A stretch of DNA of 64,000 bases. Source: Ramazzottius varieornatus (Eukaryota; Animalia; Tardigrada). Both the position numbers and the translations under genes were made by a program. The notes beneath the pieces were generated by a model. That model searched no databases. It saw nothing but the letters and a program-made list of their open reading frames with translations, and had not been told where the DNA came from. Location: NCBI GenBank assembly GCA_001949185.1, contig BDGG01000003.1:2711158-2775157 (forward strand), written 5' to 3'. Within the stretch, counting starts at the first letter, position 1, and every line of letters begins with the position of its first letter. This document shows, in pieces, positions 22,764 to 37,669 of this stretch.

Positions 22764-25700
22764 ATGCCACGAAGATTTTTCCGTTTTATCTGGAGGCTGA
22801 CATCCTTAGAAATTTTACTGTTGAATGTTTTTGCTCTCATCTGCTTGTTGGCTTATGCTGTGATGGAACCTGTGGACGTGACGACCGGCGTTATCTTGAC
22901 GGTGGACACTGAACTTCCTTATGACTTCAACGTGGTGGCGCCGGCCCTAGATCTTGCCTACGAACATTCTCTACGAGACTATAACGTCAGGATACACCAA
23001 AAAACCTACTTGTACCAAGGCGGATGCAGCAAAAGCCAAGCCATGGGAAATACTTTCTTTGCGGCAAACGACTCTGTGGACTTCATTATCGGTACGATCG
23101 CTGGCCATCCAATTCGATCTTTTGTGTAATAGTTTATTGATTCGAGAACAACATAGGTCCCGGATGTACAGACGACATGATGATGTCCCTGGAACCCCAG
23201 ACTTATTTTCTGCTTCCCAGTGTGACAGGTGGGTTCGTCCTGGACGATCATATGTAGGAACCATGGACGACTTGTGGTATTCCGGCAAACAAAAAGCTGA
23301 AAAGCGTTCTCTTAAGTGGCGCACACTTCCGGCTAATACCATAATACAACAATGAAAACGTGCGCCACTCCGGATGACGATCTCGTACATTGCGTTCGCC
23401 GACCACCCACATGAGGGTACAGTACTTGATTTCTATTTTGTAGGAGCTGGAGACTTAGTGGATTCCACGGCGAAGTTTCCCTTTGTGACACGATGCTCTT
23501 ATAACACCTACACGCAGTGGATCTTTGTGGTTCGGTTGTGCATAAAATACAGGTGGACCAATGTTGCCGGTAAAAATTTCGTATCGTTCCTTCAGCTCGG
23601 TATGCCCGTGACTGTAGTTATGCATTGTAGTTATGATACTTTGTAGTAATTTACGATCAGGATGATTTCCGTAAATCGGTGAACGCTCGCAGTAAGTCTA
23701 CTGCCATTCACTATACCGACATGGTATCACAAAGTTACGGCCGGTTATCGAGGTTTCTCGTTTGCAGGCTTGAGAAAAAATTTACAGGACCATAACCTGC
23801 GGTCCTTCGACACCCCGTTCTCCAGCGAACAGTTCAGCGGGCTAGCAGATGCCCGAGACCTTCTAGCACAATCCCACCAAGTTGCTCGTGGTAAGTCGTG
23901 TCGATCAATCAGCGTAAATTCATAGACATGATATTTTTTTATCTTAGTCGTCGTGCTATTGATGAAAGGCCTCCTACTGCGGACTTTTATGGTTGCGGCC
24001 AAGCAGTGTGGATATACGGCGGGAGACCATGTGTTCATCACACTGGACCTCTTCCGCGATGACGTCCTTGGACACAATGGTTGGAAACAAAGTAAGGTTT
24101 CGTTTGAATTTTCTCCTCACGGCATGCCAATTTTTGTTACGCTAATAAATTGTCAGAAGATTACTGTGGTATGCAAGTGGGGTTTCCTTAATTGCAGATC
24201 AACTCGGTGACAGCGTGGCTCTGGAGGCTTACCAATCGCTTCTCGTGCTGAGTCTTCGCAGTACGGAACTTGAACCCCGGTATCGTAGTTTTACGGAGCA
24301 AGTGAAAGCGCGGGCCAAACAAAAGTACCCACTCCACACCTTCGTCGTTAACTACTACGTTGCCAGCTTTTACGATTCCGTAATGCTATATGCATACTCC
24401 ATCAATGAGACCATTCGTGCGGACCAACTTTCTCGAGTGAATAGGACCAATACTCTGGATACCGATTCACTGTCCACGGTACTCGAACTGTCTCAAAAGA
24501 TGTGGAATCGAACATTTCCCGGTAAGCAATTTTTCGGGGTGCTTCCCACTGTGAACCGACCCTAGCGTGACTGAAAAGCATCAATCAGCTCTCTCGTTTT
24601 TCTTCAGGAGCTACTGGATTAGTGTACATCAATCCGGACGGGGATCGTAATGACGACCACGCTATATACGACATGTTTCCCAATGGATCTTTCTATGTAC
24701 GTAGGTGCACGAGGGCTTATTAGAGCACGGGCTTGGCCTTCTCCCTAATAAAGCCTACTACCGGCTATTTGCAGGTCGCCGCCGAGTTCTTCGGCTACAA
24801 AGATATTTGGGAACCGGAATACACATTTGATCAACGCGCCGACTTTCGGTGGAATAACCCGAGGAATTTACCTCCAAGGAACGAACCGCTTTGCTGGTAC
24901 AACGGCAACAATCCTGAATGCGATACATCTAGTAAGAACTTGACACCGATAAGACCAATTTGAATTTTATACGAAGATACAGTTTGGACTGCGGTAGAAA
25001 TTTCAAAATGGAACTCGTAGAGCAAACCCTTGCGCTGATTTTTGTGGTGGTCCTGCTGGGGATTGCGACCGCCTTTCTCTTCACCTACGTGGCGCTCAGG
25101 AAACGAGGCCGGAAGCTAGAACGGCAACTCCTGAATCTCTTCTGCTCGTGGCATGAGGTTACGGATGCCCGCCTGATGGTCACTTCGCGGTCGAAATCGT
25201 CCGCAGATACCTGCAGTGCAACGTCACGACAGACTGCACTGATTGCGGATATCGCCCCGGAAGGGGGTAGTGAGTACTATAACCAGACCGTCGAGGCCAC
25301 GTACCGCGGTACTCGGGTTCTTGTGCGTCTTTGCGAACCCAAGAATCTTCAGATTACGAAGGCCCTTCTCCACGAGGTCAAACTAGCGCGGACAGTCATC
25401 AACGAGAATATCCTCGAGATGACTGTAATAGCTATAGGAAAAGAACGAACTGCGGTACTGTATCGCTACTGCTTAAAGGGAAGCCTCTCGGTAAGTCCGT
25501 GAACAAGCAATAAGTTGAAATTTGAAAACGAACAATAACTAAAGTGTGGATCTTGTAGGATTTGTTATCAGCTGATTTGGTGCATCTAGATTGGTTCTTC
25601 CGCTTCTCACTCCTAAACGACGTCGCCACCGGCATCGAAGCGCTTCACCGAAGCGTTCTGGGGTACCATGGTCGATTGTCTTCCTGTTGTTGCTTCGTTG

Positions 25701-27680
25701 ACGGCCACTTCATGGTGAAAATCTCCGACTACGGTCTTCCTACAATATTCTCAAAGCGGTTCCTGGAAGACTCGGTCTTCAACGTGGCGTTACTGATGCT
25801 ATGGACCGCACCCGAGCTCCTGAACAGCTCCGGTAACCTCGGTTCGCAAGAAGGCGATATTTACTCGATGGCTTGTGTGATGCAGCAGATTATTATGGGT
25901 CTCCCACAGCCGTTCGCCCACCTACCAGACTCGAATCCCGAAGGTAATGTCTGATTGTGTATTCAGCCACTACTTACCAGTGAAAATCCTATTTGAAACC
26001 TCGGCAAACGAACTCGACAGAATGGTTTTTCTCAAGCGCACGTCTCCAGCCAATAACATTGGAAACACGCGCCACTCGGAAAAAAACGAGCTTCTTGGAT
26101 TTGTTTTGCTTTCTCGTTCCACCAATGTTCTTTCTGCAGTGATACTGGAAAAGCTACGACGGGGCAAACTGAAGAGAAGTCTTCGTCCAACAGCACAGAC
26201 TGACATGTGTCCGCCAGAGATCGCTGTGTTGATAAAGCAATGCTGGGCGATGAATCCACTTGAGAGACCTCGGATTGCACAAGTCAAAAGTGTCCTTCGC
26301 GAAGTCCGCAGGTAGTGAATCGTTCAGGGCAGATGTAAAGATTGTAGTGTCTCGTGTCGCGTCATGTTGTGCCATGCCATGTCAGATAACGTTCACGTAG
26401 TGTGGTTGCAGAGGGAGCTCCGAAGGAGGAAGTATACTGGACATGCTGATACAGCGCATGGAAATCTACACCGAAGACCTGGAGAAGATTGTCCAAGAAA
26501 AGACGCTACTCCACGTCGCGGAAAGGCAGAAAACCGAACAACTGCTGTACCAAGTCTTGCCCAGGTAGGCAATTGATATTTTCTGACCAGGTGAGACCAG
26601 GACGCGACAGTACACAGATATAACTGTACAGGGCGGTGGCCGAGCAGTTGCAAAGGGGGGAATCCGTCCTTCCGGAATCTTACCGCAGTTGCTCTGTTCT
26701 CAACACTGATATCGTGGGATTCACAGCCCTAGCGTCCGCGAGTACGCCCTTCGAAGTCGTCGACTTCCTAAACTCGTTATACACTACGTTTGATATCTGC
26801 ATCTCCAAATTCGACGCATACAAGGTAAGTCGACATGCAGAAATACCCTTTTAATGTGAGAATGACTTCTGCGTGTGCAAGAGTGATGATTGAATGTTAC
26901 TGTATTGAGCTTTGTCCATTTTTCTTCAGATTGAAACGATTGGGGATAGCTACGTAGTAAGTCAGCAAACCAAAGCTTTATGAGGCTCAGGCAGTAGTTC
27001 CATCATTACTTCCTGGCCTGTCTGAGCTCAATTCTTTTCGAGGTTGCTTCCGGAATACCCGAACGCAACGGTGATCGACATGCGACCGAGCTCTGTCGAC
27101 TTTCCTTGACGTTGCTGAAAGCGACTGCAAATTTTAAGATCGCCCATAAGCCGGAAGAGCCGTTACAGATGCGTCTAGGTGTCCATTCAGGACCTGTAGT
27201 AGCGGGTATGCACCGAACATCCGTTCATTTCTTTCCCCCTTCTCAACTGAACGCACTCTTCTTACAATCATATATTTCGTTCAATCAAACAGGTGTGGTC
27301 GGCCTGAGGATGCCACGCTACTGCCTGTAAGTTTCCAGCTCAACCATGCTCTGTTGTTTGTCGAAATAGTGGCTCAATCCATCTTAGGTTCGGAGATACT
27401 GTGACGATTGCGGCGAAGATGGAGTCGACATCCCTCCGTAAGTCTTTCATCGTACGAACAAGATGTCTGGCGGCATGATATTAATTAGCTTTACCTTTCT
27501 TTAGCCATGAAAATCCAACTCAGTGAAAACTGTGTTAAATGCACAGAAAGTTCCGTCACTCGTTTTGCGTTTGAGCGCCGGGATAGTCTAACCGTTATCA
27601 ATCACAAGCTCGCCATATCGACGTACTGGCTCCTGCGAGAGAGTCCAGCGGTTACTTCTGATTCTCTTCCTCGATTTTGA
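22764..27680 (+). CDS. Receptor guanylyl cyclase 1 (NPR/GC-A-like), predicted catalytically incomplete
   Basis: Signal peptide, ANF-receptor ectodomain ([23 protein letters not shown]), TM, pseudokinase (HGRLSS.CC.VD, ISDYG, LWTAPE) and coiled coil. The cyclase reads TDIVGFT, KIETIGDSY, MPRYCLFGDTVTIAAKMES. Multi-exon. Confidence 0.9.
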
Positions 27681-29192
27681 CATCTTCTGCTGCTGAATGA
27701 GTTACTTGATCGGTTTTCGGTCCTGGCTTTGTTATCATAGATGCGGCCAACCAGCTTAACTGAGTCGAAAATAAAAAGAGCTTGAGGTTTCCCGCGGCTT
27801 CCGGTTTCGCCGTCCTGCCTGTCAAGCTTCGGCAGTGAATGTCCTCCGATCTCCAACTCAGTTCCAGCAAGAAAGCCTTGTCCAGACAAATGTTTTGGTT
27901 AACCGAGCATCGTGAATCTTCCGGATGCCTCCAAGTTGCGTGGCTGGTGCACTCAGTCGTCAGTGAAACGTGGAAATTCAGCACAAAACAAAAGTTCTGG
28001 GCGGCATTCATTTCAGAGACTGCGATGTGATCACTCAGAGCCTCTTCAAGTCAATCGAACTACCGAGAGCGGTCTCGCAACAAAATAATTAAACGCGGGG
28101 CGATCAAAGAGTGCTAATTAGGTGTGGCTACTCGTGCATCGAGCAAGGAAAATTCTGTTCAGATTGATCAAGCCCGACTTGCGAGAGCGTACTGGAGTAG
28201 TCCAATTAGCATGTCGTAAAATTTCTGAACAGAAATTCTGTCGAGAGCGATCTACATACCGAGCTTGCCAGTTTCAATGGTAAGATACCCAGCACGGAAG
28301 AGGCGTGCTAGTTGGTGTTATTTCGCACATTCGAGCGAGTCGCTCCGCATTTCACCGCAAAGCTTTCTGAACAGAATTTCTTCCTGCTTTTGATCATCGT
28401 ACTTCCTCGATGTCAATCTCAACCTTTTGCATGTTGTTCGAAAGTGGAAAACGCCCAGTTGTCAGTGGTTGATATAATCCCGGCGTCGACCAATTACTGG
28501 TACATAGCGGCTTCAATAATATTTAAACTTACTTTCACGAAAAGTTCTGTCTTCGTCAAATCTCCCTGTTTTCTTGCTCGTTTTCTAAACTCGCTGGAAG
28601 AGCAGGAGAGTTTGGTAGTGGAAAGTTTAATTTAATGTAGCCCCCATGCCAATCTTAAGTATAAAAAACAAAGGTTTTTTTGACGAAGTGAGCAGTGAGC
28701 GCAGTACTGCTGGATTTCTGTTCATGTGTTTCAGACTCGAGCTTACATCTCCTTGCTCGAGGTAATCGTCCTTGATTACTAAAGAAAAAGCGCTAATTGC
28801 CCTTTTCTGAACGCATTTTCGGTGTGCTCGTGCTCGCTTCCCCCCAGCTTTCGAGTAAGGTCGGATTCTGTTCAGAAACACTGTGCTCGTAAGAACGTAA
28901 TTTTATATGGCCGAGCTCGAGTCCGGTCATCGAGTCAGGTGGACTTGAAGAGGCTCTTAGAACAGAACAGAAACGGTGTTAATAGAAACCAAGTTGAAGT
29001 GGCTTACGCTCAGTGCAGATTGGCCTTGATTTCTATGCTGCATACCCTGGTGGAGCTAGATCTTCCCGTTTGCCCGTTTCTCAATTCTCATCGTCTATCG
29101 CTTATCCCTCCAGTCGTACGTCTCCCTGTCGCTTGAGAACTGTCGGTATCATACCGAACCTAGTTGTTTGAGAATCGGTCTTAATCGCCAGG

Positions 29193-30617
<1,425 letters not shown>

Positions 30618-30982
30618 TTTTGATTCTCTTTTTTGGTATGGGGCTGCGGGTTTTTCTGACGTACTTTTCAGCCTCGTGTATTCAAGTTCGCGATGAGTTT
30701 GTCTTACTTGGTAGCTAAAATTTTCTTCAGTTCTTTGAATAACTAAAGTTTTGAACTTTCAGTTTGCATAGATCTAGAGTCTCTGACAGTGTACTCTATA
30801 TGCCAAACAAACACGGGGAATAGAAGAAATAAAATCAAAAATCAAGCTGGAGGAAATTCACCGGGGAAAACACGGTCGGTTTGGGCGATGACGAGATACG
30901 AGCCAATCTTACACCTGGGTACTATATTTCATGTATTTAGCATGGAGCGGAAGTACGGAGGTTTGAGCTACATGTGCGGGCC

Positions 30983-33800
30983 TTAGGTACCCCTCTCTGT
31001 CGTCCACGGCGTGCTTTTCAACACCTGCAAGTACTCTTTCTCACCTTGCCAAAACTTGTCATCTCGAGCAGGGTTAGGCAAGATCTGCATGCGGCTACTC
31101 CTACCATGCCTGTGCGGGATAACTGTGAGGGCTCCATTCGGCAACTGAACGGCTCGCTGTTTCCCATCCACATCCGACTCGACAGCTTGGCGCATCAGCG
31201 TTAGTTCCTTGTCTCGGAGTTGCTCTAAGAAGACATTGAACTTCGCCACACGGGTCTTGTGCTCCTCATCGAGAAACTTTGCTTCTTGTAACGCCAGTTC
31301 TCCTTCACGTTTCACCTTGGCTGCTCGTAATACTGTCTGTTCCAAATCGCGATCCCGTTTCATCAGTTCCTGGTTGTATTGGTCAAGCCGAGTCCTTCGC
31401 ATCGACTCATCATGCTTATCCCTTTCTAGCTTTTCTCGCTCAATCTTAATTTCCATCTCTTCCCTGACCAAGTTCCTCCTTTTGTCATCCAGAAGTTTCT
31501 TCTCTGCAAACACTGCTTCCCTTTCTGATTCCAATGCCAGTTCTCTCTTCTTGTACTCCAACGCGTACTTTTCTTCCGCTTGACGAATAGTCTCCGCCAA
31601 CTTCCGCTTTCCTTCTTCAAGAGCATGACTCTCTTGCGCGATGTATTCCGAAGCTTCCTGTTTTTCTTTGAGCGCTTCGTCCAGCCGCTTCTCAAGCCTC
31701 TGAAGTTCCTTCGCTTGCGTAGAATGAAACCGCGTTCGTTCTGCCTCAAACTCAGTCCGCTCTCGAGCTAGAGTATAGGCTTGATCCTCCACTTCCAACT
31801 GTCGTTTGGCAAGCCGAGCGCCGTCTTCTTGGATACGACGCTGGAGTACCTCTCGTTCTGTTAACGAACTAGTAGCCTGGCGCTCTAATGCTTCAGTCAG
31901 CTCTACAAGAACAGTGTTATGGTGAACGGATTCGAGAAAAATTTGGCAATCCCTATACTTACCGTTTATGCGCTGGTCTTTGGCACACAGTTGACTTTCC
32001 TTCTCACGAATGGTGTTCGCATGTCTACTTTCCAGTTCGGTCCTCCACAACGCGAAGTCTCTGGCCGACTGCTCAACCGTACTTCTTACCGCTTCCAGAC
32101 TGGACTTGGCACTTGTCGACTCTCGCAGATATTCAAGAGCTTCTTCATACTGCTTCCGAACTGACTCGTGACTGCTCAACAAGGACAGAACATATTCATG
32201 ATGAATTTGCGCCGTACGCCGCAAGGCTTCGTCATAGTGAGCTCGAATGACCCGCGTTTCTTCCCTATGCTGCTCTTCTAACAGCAACATCTGTTTGCTG
32301 TGTTGAAGAAGCAGCGCATCCTTTTCTTCCAGCTTTCGCTCGAGCACCGCGACCCTTTGCTGAGCCAGCGGCTCTTCACTCGCTACAGAATTCATTCCAT
32401 CTCCAGACGCTTGATTGGCCAGCAAAGGCTGGGCTAAGGAAAACCCGGAGCGAAGTCTTTGCAGGTGCGCGTTTAGCTGCTTTTGGTTCTCGGCAAGATA
32501 CTGTCGCAAGAACTCGTCTGCTTGGGCTTGTTGCAACTGTACCGCTTGCTGAGTCTGTTGTCGAATAAAGTCATGGTGGCTGCGAACTCGTCGAAGGTCC
32601 TCCTCTTCCGCGTTCTTTGTTTCAGTCAGAACCTTGTCCAAAAGCTCGCTACTTTTCGGAAGGAGGCTGCTGCTACCCGTCACAGAGCTGTCTCCTTCAG
32701 TTGGGGCCGGAACTACAGTAGAAGTTGGCGGGACCACGGACCTTCCGGTACTTCCGCCAAACATCATAGCTCTTCGTTGCCTTTCCGCCTCCTGGGAAGA
32801 AAACAAAAACGTTCATGAGACAGTTGATTAGTGTAGATACTCCAGCACTTACTGCCTGGTCGGTGACGGGAAGCGTCGTGTTCGCAGACTGAGGATCATC
32901 TTGTAGTCTCTGCACAAGAACGCTCGCATTGCCGCCATTTACTGACGGCCCCGGCAGGGATGCTACGGGTGTGGCGGGGTCTTTTTCCCATGGTGGCCTT
33001 GTTAAATTTCTAAACAGGGTGCTTTGTACAGGAGCTTTCGATGATAAGGCAGTGCCCGTTGGATTGGCCGGTACGGCAGGCAGTGACGTTTGAGGTCTCA
33101 CTTCCGGTACGGTTGTAGTTCCCAACCGGTTAAAAATGGACGGTGTGGTCTGCTTTGCAGGATCAGGAGCCGGTACTTCGGACTTCAGTCGATCAAATAC
33201 GGAGACGGGCGGAGTTACGGACGGTGTTGTTGAAGGTCTGACGTTTGAGGAAGTGGGTATCGTGCTAGTCTTCTGTTCGGGTTCAAGGCTGTCTAAAATA
33301 CTAGTGGAGCTTCTTGCAACAGGGGTCGCTGTTTTGGGTCTGCTGCTTGGCTGGAAAGCAGGAAATAGGTCGTCATCGTCGTCCGAAAATCCTATTCCGT
33401 CCAAGGGAATTTTGGTTGTCAAGTTTGCTGCAGGAGCCGCCGACGGAAGTTGTGCACCGACGCGCAGAGGTGGAGGATCCCTGCTGTTCAATACGTCCAG
33501 CGGGTTATCGCGACCAGCAGGGTTCGTGCCAGCGGGCGCGAGACCGAATGCCATCTCGTCAAACTCATCCAGTTCCTGTCGAGAAATCACGCTTTGGTTG
33601 GTTACGCAGGGAAACATCTTCTATCCAGAACACGGATACCTATCCACAAACAAGCAGCTTATTTGGGGCATAGAAAGAACTTACGATATTGGCCTTCATC
33701 CCCCTTCCTCATCCGAATGAAGGGTCTGAAGCTCGTTTTCCTGACCGAACGCTGGAGAACAGCTTTCCGTTTCGTCTGGAGATGAAGCATCCAAGGTGGT
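30983..33800 (-). CDS. FBF1: Fas-binding factor 1-like centriolar coiled-coil protein (5' end uncertain)
   Basis: Disordered P/S/T-rich N-terminal half and a long E/R/Q/L coiled coil. The C-terminal RDDKFWQGEKEYLQVLK resembles the FBF1 terminal motif (recalled, not searched). Confidence 0.6.
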
Positions 33801-34527
33801 ACACCAGACGCAACGAAATCCCATGACAGTCGCTACGATAAGCAGGAATTAAATAGTGAGAAATCGATAGCTCAACACGAACCACCTGACAACATAATCG
33901 ATTAGCCCATTTACCGGGAGAGCAAGCGCCGGTTCTCACAGCTGTAAGAAAGACTCTCCGCCTGTCGTATTTCTCCACGGCAAGCCAGTCAACAAACAGG
34001 TTCGCTCTTGCTGGACATCCATCGCTCGATAATCCAATACCAAGCTTATCTCGCAAGGAAGGTACCACCCAAATTCAAGACAAAGTTTCGTGGCAACTCT
34101 CAATTTTGAAAATGCAGCAAACAGACACGAGAGCCAGCATATTTGTTGTTCATCAGCTGTATCAAAGATCATAACGTAACTGAAAAAAGAAGACACGTAA
34201 CATCGCACATTGGATTTGAGAGTCACGCACAGTTCATCTCTTCGGAAGGTTCTACTACTTAAAATATGTAAAAAGATCGGAAACCGGCTGTCAAAAAAAC
34301 GCCAACAGGATACTGTACAGGTAAATAGAACAACAGGAGGATGAGTACCTTCACACTGAGTTCGAGAGCACAGATACTGTCAGACCACGAAGTAACATCC
34401 CGAGAATCGTAAAAAATTGAGCGTGATCCCAAAACGAGGCCACAGAGGTTAAAAGGCAGAGAGGAGATTTAACGCACCAAACTAGAAAAGGAATACTGTC
34501 CGTCTCTGAGAATTACCTTCTTCATTT

Positions 34528-36649
34528 TCACAACATGTAGGTTCGGCAGTACTTGGCTCTGCACATGCAGATGATCCTGCGGTTCGGCAAACTGCCCACT
34601 TCATAACCGTAGTCCCAAGCCTAAGAAACCGAAGGGCCGTCAGAAATCAGAACTAGTTGCGAGCATGCAAAAGAGCCTTACCAGTTCTTCGCCAGCTCCG
34701 ATGTTGCGGGCAGTGAAGAAAGCCACGTTGTAGATCTGGCCAGAAAACATTTCTCGCTGGATCACTTGGACGAAGACGTTTGGATCGCAAGAGTGATTCA
34801 TGAACCTACAACCAGACAGTCAATCATCAAGAACGGATAAGATGAGGCCAAAAGTTCAAGTCGCTTACCTGGCAATATTTCCGAATCTTCGACCATCGAG
34901 ATTCAAAAGCTCCGATTCTTCGTGCTCACCCTCTCCTTCCGCGATGCTATCGTCCTTACTGATGGCGCCCTTGAAGTCCAATGCCACCAGGTACTTATCA
35001 TGCTTCTCGGAGATCTCGCTATCCGCCACGACCTGGCCGTAATAGTAGGCCAGAAAAGTCCCTTTTGGGATGTCACATAGAGCCCTGCAACGAAAGAAAC
35101 GGAAGTCGTCATAGATATTCTCTGTGAGGGTACACGAGGAAGACCATTTGAAACTCACCTGACACCCCAGCCTTTGTCGGGGTAATTGTACAATATCAAG
35201 GGGAATGTAACCGTGTTCGTCGTCACTCTATTCAGACAGCTTGGTCCACACTTGCAGTTGTCATTGCATTCAACGATACTGGAACCAACACATCAGGGTG
35301 TCAACATTTGAGAAGTGGGCAAATGGACTGAACCAGATCGTTATCGCAAGTGGCGCACAATACCGGCCAACAACAACGAGACTGTGCGCCACTTGACAAA
35401 ACAACCGGGCTCGGGTCATTTGACGACGTTCCGACGTTCCGTTTCCTTTTTCAAATAAGATCTAGACAGTGTTGAGCAGTGAAACCTACTAGTTTTGTTT
35501 CCTCAAGAGACGTCCGTAGCAGTAGCCTCTCTCGTCTTCGTACATGTTGAAACACAAGCAGTTGACAGTGCACGTCCCCTGACAGCCACATCCTTCCGTT
35601 CGTTCGCTAATACCCTTCTCCTTCAGCAAACGAACCACCTTTTCCGACTTGGTGATCTTCTTGACGTACGAGAAGCTGTCGGGAAGACTGTCGCTGAAGC
35701 AATTGAAGATGGGATAGCGAGCGTAGGGCTTGTCCAGGATTTTCTTGGCCAGATCCTCGTCGAATCTTTTCACCTGCAAGACAAAAGCAACCTTTCACTT
35801 CCGAACGGATCAACTAAAGGAGTTTCGACGAAGAATAAATGCACAATCTTCACAAGAGAACCTTCCTGGGAGATCGCACTGACAAACTTACGGAATCTTT
35901 CTTGATGCAAAAACGATTCGTTAGTTCCACATCACCCTCGAATCTGCAAAACAGCAGCAAAAAAAATGTGCGGCTGTTATGGTTCGAGGCCAGTATTTTC
36001 GACATAGGATTAGCCTGTGGAATGCGAAAAGCACTTACGTGAAGACGGTGATGGGTACAATCGAGCCGACCAACATGAGGTAGTCGTAGACGTCCTTGAT
36101 GCAGTCCAGCTGCTTTCCACAAGGAGTAAAGTACGTGACCACCTTCTTCAAGTTCTTCTTCCCCTTACCGGTCGTCTTGACTTGTCGATACCACCCAAAG
36201 AGTAGCGGAAGAACCAACGGACTGTGTGCAGTGCGGATATACGCGTTCAAGGCCTGCTGACTTTCTCCAAGAGGACAAGCATTCGAGCAATCATGCGTTG
36301 TGTATTCATGCTTGGCATACACAGGATACTCCGACAGCTGCTTTGTAGCGATGAAACCGTGGTCGGGGTACTCTACTTCTCGTATGGAAACCAACGACTC
36401 GTCATCAGAGGCACTTGCTCGTTTAGCTTTGGCCAGTGGAACGACGAGGCCTCCGTCGGAAAAGGCACGTTTTAGTGGGACAGACTTTCCTGAAGGCTCG
36501 CCAGAACAGGACGACGCGCATACAACAGTGGAGGAAGGCTGCTTGGACATGCTGGTGTGAGAGCGCACTTCTATAACATGAGAGGTGGTGGGGAACGTGG
36601 AAGAGACATGATGGTCTTGAATGGCTTGCGGATGACTGCTTCCAGGCAT
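34528..36649 (-). CDS. SETDB-family H3K9 methyltransferase (MBD, pre-SET, SET, post-SET)
   Basis: MBD (PLVLPLLFGWYRQ...YFTPCGKQL), Cys-rich pre-SET (GCGC..C...C.C; IVECNDNCKC...CLNRV), KGWGVR, RFMNHSCDPN, EELAWDYGY and post-SET CMC....C. Start codon tentative. Confidence 0.85.
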
Positions 36650-37669
36650 CGCATACTTCGAACGAATCGAGTCGTCTTTCCTAAAGACAAGCAAAAATGC
36701 GATGGTGCAACCGTATCGAGAAGACAGAAGAAATGGCGTGCTACTTGCCAGGGAACAATCGCAACATACCTTTGGACTTTCGATATCGTTCAGCTGTTGC
36801 CTTTGATGTCCCTTTGCAGCCTTACAAACAGGATGGCAACGAAGGTCGTAGCTGTAGCAAGCACCTGCAAGGTGTTTCTTCCAGTCCCTGGATCAAACAC
36901 AACAGAGAGCGAACACGATGAGTTCTGGAAGAACGCAAATCAGGTAGAGCTAATTTAGACGGGAACGAACAACGTTTCAGTGAAAGTGCATGGATTCCAG
37001 CGTACGAAGAGTATGAATTCCAGTATTTCTCCTGTGGAAGCTGGAACTGGAAGGTTGGTTATGGAATACGATTGCGACAAGGTGACGTCAAGGCCCGTGA
37101 CGGCGCGACCCACGGAACAGTACGGTAGACTAGGCCCAGCCGCCCACGAGCCCACACGACCGGCTGCTTAATTTAACCGTTTTCAACAGAATGGTCTGGG
37201 CATGGGCGCCGCTCTGAATGGATGAACCATTCAACCAAAGTTCATTCACAGAAATCACGTGCTAAGACAGTGTTCACGTGAGTCATCGGCTTTCGGTTGC
37301 GCAATGGAGCTCGTGATGCACTGTCTGGCCTATGTTTTCGTTTTATCTTTTCCGGGAAAGAGTTCAAAAGACGGAAAGTAAGGCGCACTCGGGCCAAAGT
37401 CGAACATGTCCATTCTTCTCATCTAGAACGACCATCACGATTTATTTGTATCCTGAGGAAATAGCGTCATATCACGGATTCAAGGTAAGTGAGCAATGTC
37501 TGAGTGAGAATCGTTGTAGGTAATTTGCGCGACGGTAATGTAACATCCACCCGTTCACCGGCCGAAATACCAATGGAAACGGCCTTGTTGCAGTCGCGCT
37601 GCCGGAATAATCGCCACAGTTTGAAGAATATTATCCTTTTCGGAGAAATGACGGAGTCTGCTGTATACC

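Noticed and set aside
27900-29100. Intergenic ORFs between rGC-1 and PTGES2
   Set aside because: They are fragmentary, with no identifiable homology or TIRs.
33136-33720. Long plus-strand ORFs opposite FBF1-like (also 31209-31583)
   Set aside because: They are antisense shadows of low-complexity coding sequence.
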